Shown here piece after piece: positions 36,390 through 38,143 of a stretch of DNA of 38,143 nt (positions within the stretch are counted from its first letter, which is position 1; every line of letters starts with the position of its first letter). The position numbers and the translations under genes are program-made. The notes under the pieces were generated by a model. It was not told the DNA's origin and ran no database searches. It saw nothing but the letters and a program-made list of their open reading frames with translations. The stretch spans positions 1 to 38,143 of the forward strand of contig LWCA01000230.1 in assembly GCA_001642005.1 (NCBI GenBank). The letters are read 5' to 3'. The stretch comes from Intoshia linei (taxonomy: Eukaryota; Animalia; Orthonectida).

Positions 36390-37527
36390 TTTTCTAAAAT
36401 GTTTTATTACAAAAATAATACATACAGGAAAATGCTAGACTATCAAAATGCTAAAATAACCAAAATAATCACAAAAAAAAAGTTAAATTAATTGTATCTA
36501 TAAATTTACCTCATTTAAATTATTTGATAGGCTGTCTACTAAAAAACACGGAAAACTGGTCCGATTTTGGTATGAATATATTCATTATCGAAATTAAAAC
36601 GGGCTAGATATTTAAAACAAAATTAACGAAACAGTAATGTATTGGACCCTTTCATCAATTCAGAAATACGTAATACAAGATTGTCCTATATTTCCTTAAA
36701 AGTTATCATTTAAAATTTAAATTACCTTTTTGACCAAAATATAAAATAATTTCAAAAATCGATTTTTTATCTGAAATTTTCATTTTCATCGTCAAAACCC
36801 CAATTACCTACTATTTATTAAACGAAAAAGAATAATTGTCCCATAATATAAACAAAAAATTTAAACCTTAAAAATTAATACATTCCTAGTTAAAACGAAT
36901 TTTTATATTAATTATATTATTGTGTAAAAATATATTATTGGAAACATCTACTCTCGAGACAGTCAAATATTGTTTGTACAATAGGGCTCTCGAATATGTA
37001 ATTATTTTTGAAATTACCTTTTTCTGATTTCCTAACAGTTTTAATAGTAAAAAATATGGAAACATTTTTAACGTAGGATCAATGCATTTTTTATAATTTT
37101 AAGATTTAACATAGATCATGTGACACTAATCATATTAATTAAAAAACATGAATAAAAAATCGTTTAATTTAGACACAGTTCACGGACAAAATTTTCGTCA
37201 TTTTTAAAAAAATAATATAATTTCACAAAAAGACATGAATTTATATGAAATGGGTCAAAATATTTTATATGCTTCTACTCAAATATTTTTTAAGTACCAT
37301 TGTAAAAAAATAATTTGGTTAAGTTTATAATATTAAGAGTAAAACGAATTTAAAAATGATAACATGTAATTCACCACTTTTGTGAATATTTTATTACCGT
37401 AGATACTATTTATATTTCTTAACTATTTTTTTACATAGAAAATTTGTACGAATTTAAATTAAATTGAACAAACAAATATGAATTAAATGTGTTTATAGTT
37501 TTGAACATATAATTTTAACTTTAATAG

Positions 37528-38045
37528 TTAATTTACTAACATTAATTAATGTTGAAAATGATCTTTCACAAATTTCAATGGTCATTATTATACCGCATGA
37601 TTCAACAAAATATGAAAATATTTCGGAAATTTCAAATGATGAAATCATTTCAATATTCGACATTTTTAAGTTTTATAAATTCAGATAAATTTCAATTTAT
37701 CATAAATTGGAAATTGTATTATTTATTAACGAAACAACAACGCATTATTAAAATTTTAAACAAACTAACAGGGAAATCATAAAATGAAAATTAAACTTCA
37801 AGACGCGGGGGTTTTTTTGGATAAAAATTAAAAATATTATAATTCTTCAGCAACTTAAGCGGCGTTCATTTTCTATATATGTCATTTTTATATTAGAAAA
37901 ATAGAATAGCCCTATTTACAAACTAGACAAGCCAGTAATATACTCCCTCGCAGCAATTTTGCAATTGGTAGAAACTAGTCTCAATGAAACTCTAAGTCTC
38001 TCAATTTTTTTATGTATTAATGAGCGAAGCAAGATCTATCATAGG
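37528..38045 (+). CDS. Exon fragments of an unidentified gene (weak serpin-like motifs)
   Basis: Acceptor-preceded open frames containing ISMVIIIP, KMKIKLQDAGVF and YKLDKPVIYSL. These loosely resemble serpin SMVILLP, LKxxLxxLG and FxxDxPFLF. No consistent model could be built. Confidence 0.25.
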
Positions 38046-38143
38046 TTATGAAAAATTAAAAAATGGGCCGCATTAATTCGTAGAAATTGACCTTTTTCAT
38101 TTATATGTAGATATAAAAGTCTCAACAATTTTGCAAAACAATA

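Noticed and set aside
1-38143. Alternative genetic code or non-canonical introns
   Set aside because: The well-supported genes translate without internal stops in the standard code using GT-AG introns.

Overview
Very AT-rich eukaryotic (animal-type) genomic DNA with GT-AG spliceosomal introns, so the ORF track shows only exon fragments. Intron sizes are bimodal: minimal 35-50 nt introns and kb-scale introns filled with DNA-transposon relics. That profile would fit a reduced parasitic metazoan such as an orthonectid, but this is an unverified inference. Hand splicing gave these genes. (1) A classical calpain on the minus strand (CysPc-C2L-penta-EF, Cys/His/Asn triad intact, ~208-9497). (2) An incompletely modelled plus-strand multi-pass membrane protein gene (~10375-15691). 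(3) A 3-exon TMEM53/DUF829-like gene on the minus strand (16484-19095) with a ~110-aa insertion. (4) A small divergently transcribed gene starting MGSLCSK (19557-20450). (5) A 20-exon Citron Rho-interacting kinase (CIT/sticky) homolog on the minus strand (20530-36389, ~1461 aa). Its frame is intact but its kinase domain has lost the Gly loop, HRD (HGN), DFG (NFE) and APE motifs, so it is a predicted Citron pseudokinase; this is the most notable finding. Introns and intergenic DNA hold many hAT (Buster-type) and pogo/Tigger non-autonomous elements, often nested. They also hold a hAT MITE family carrying a ~29-bp x4 higher-order tandem array, and foldback-like elements.
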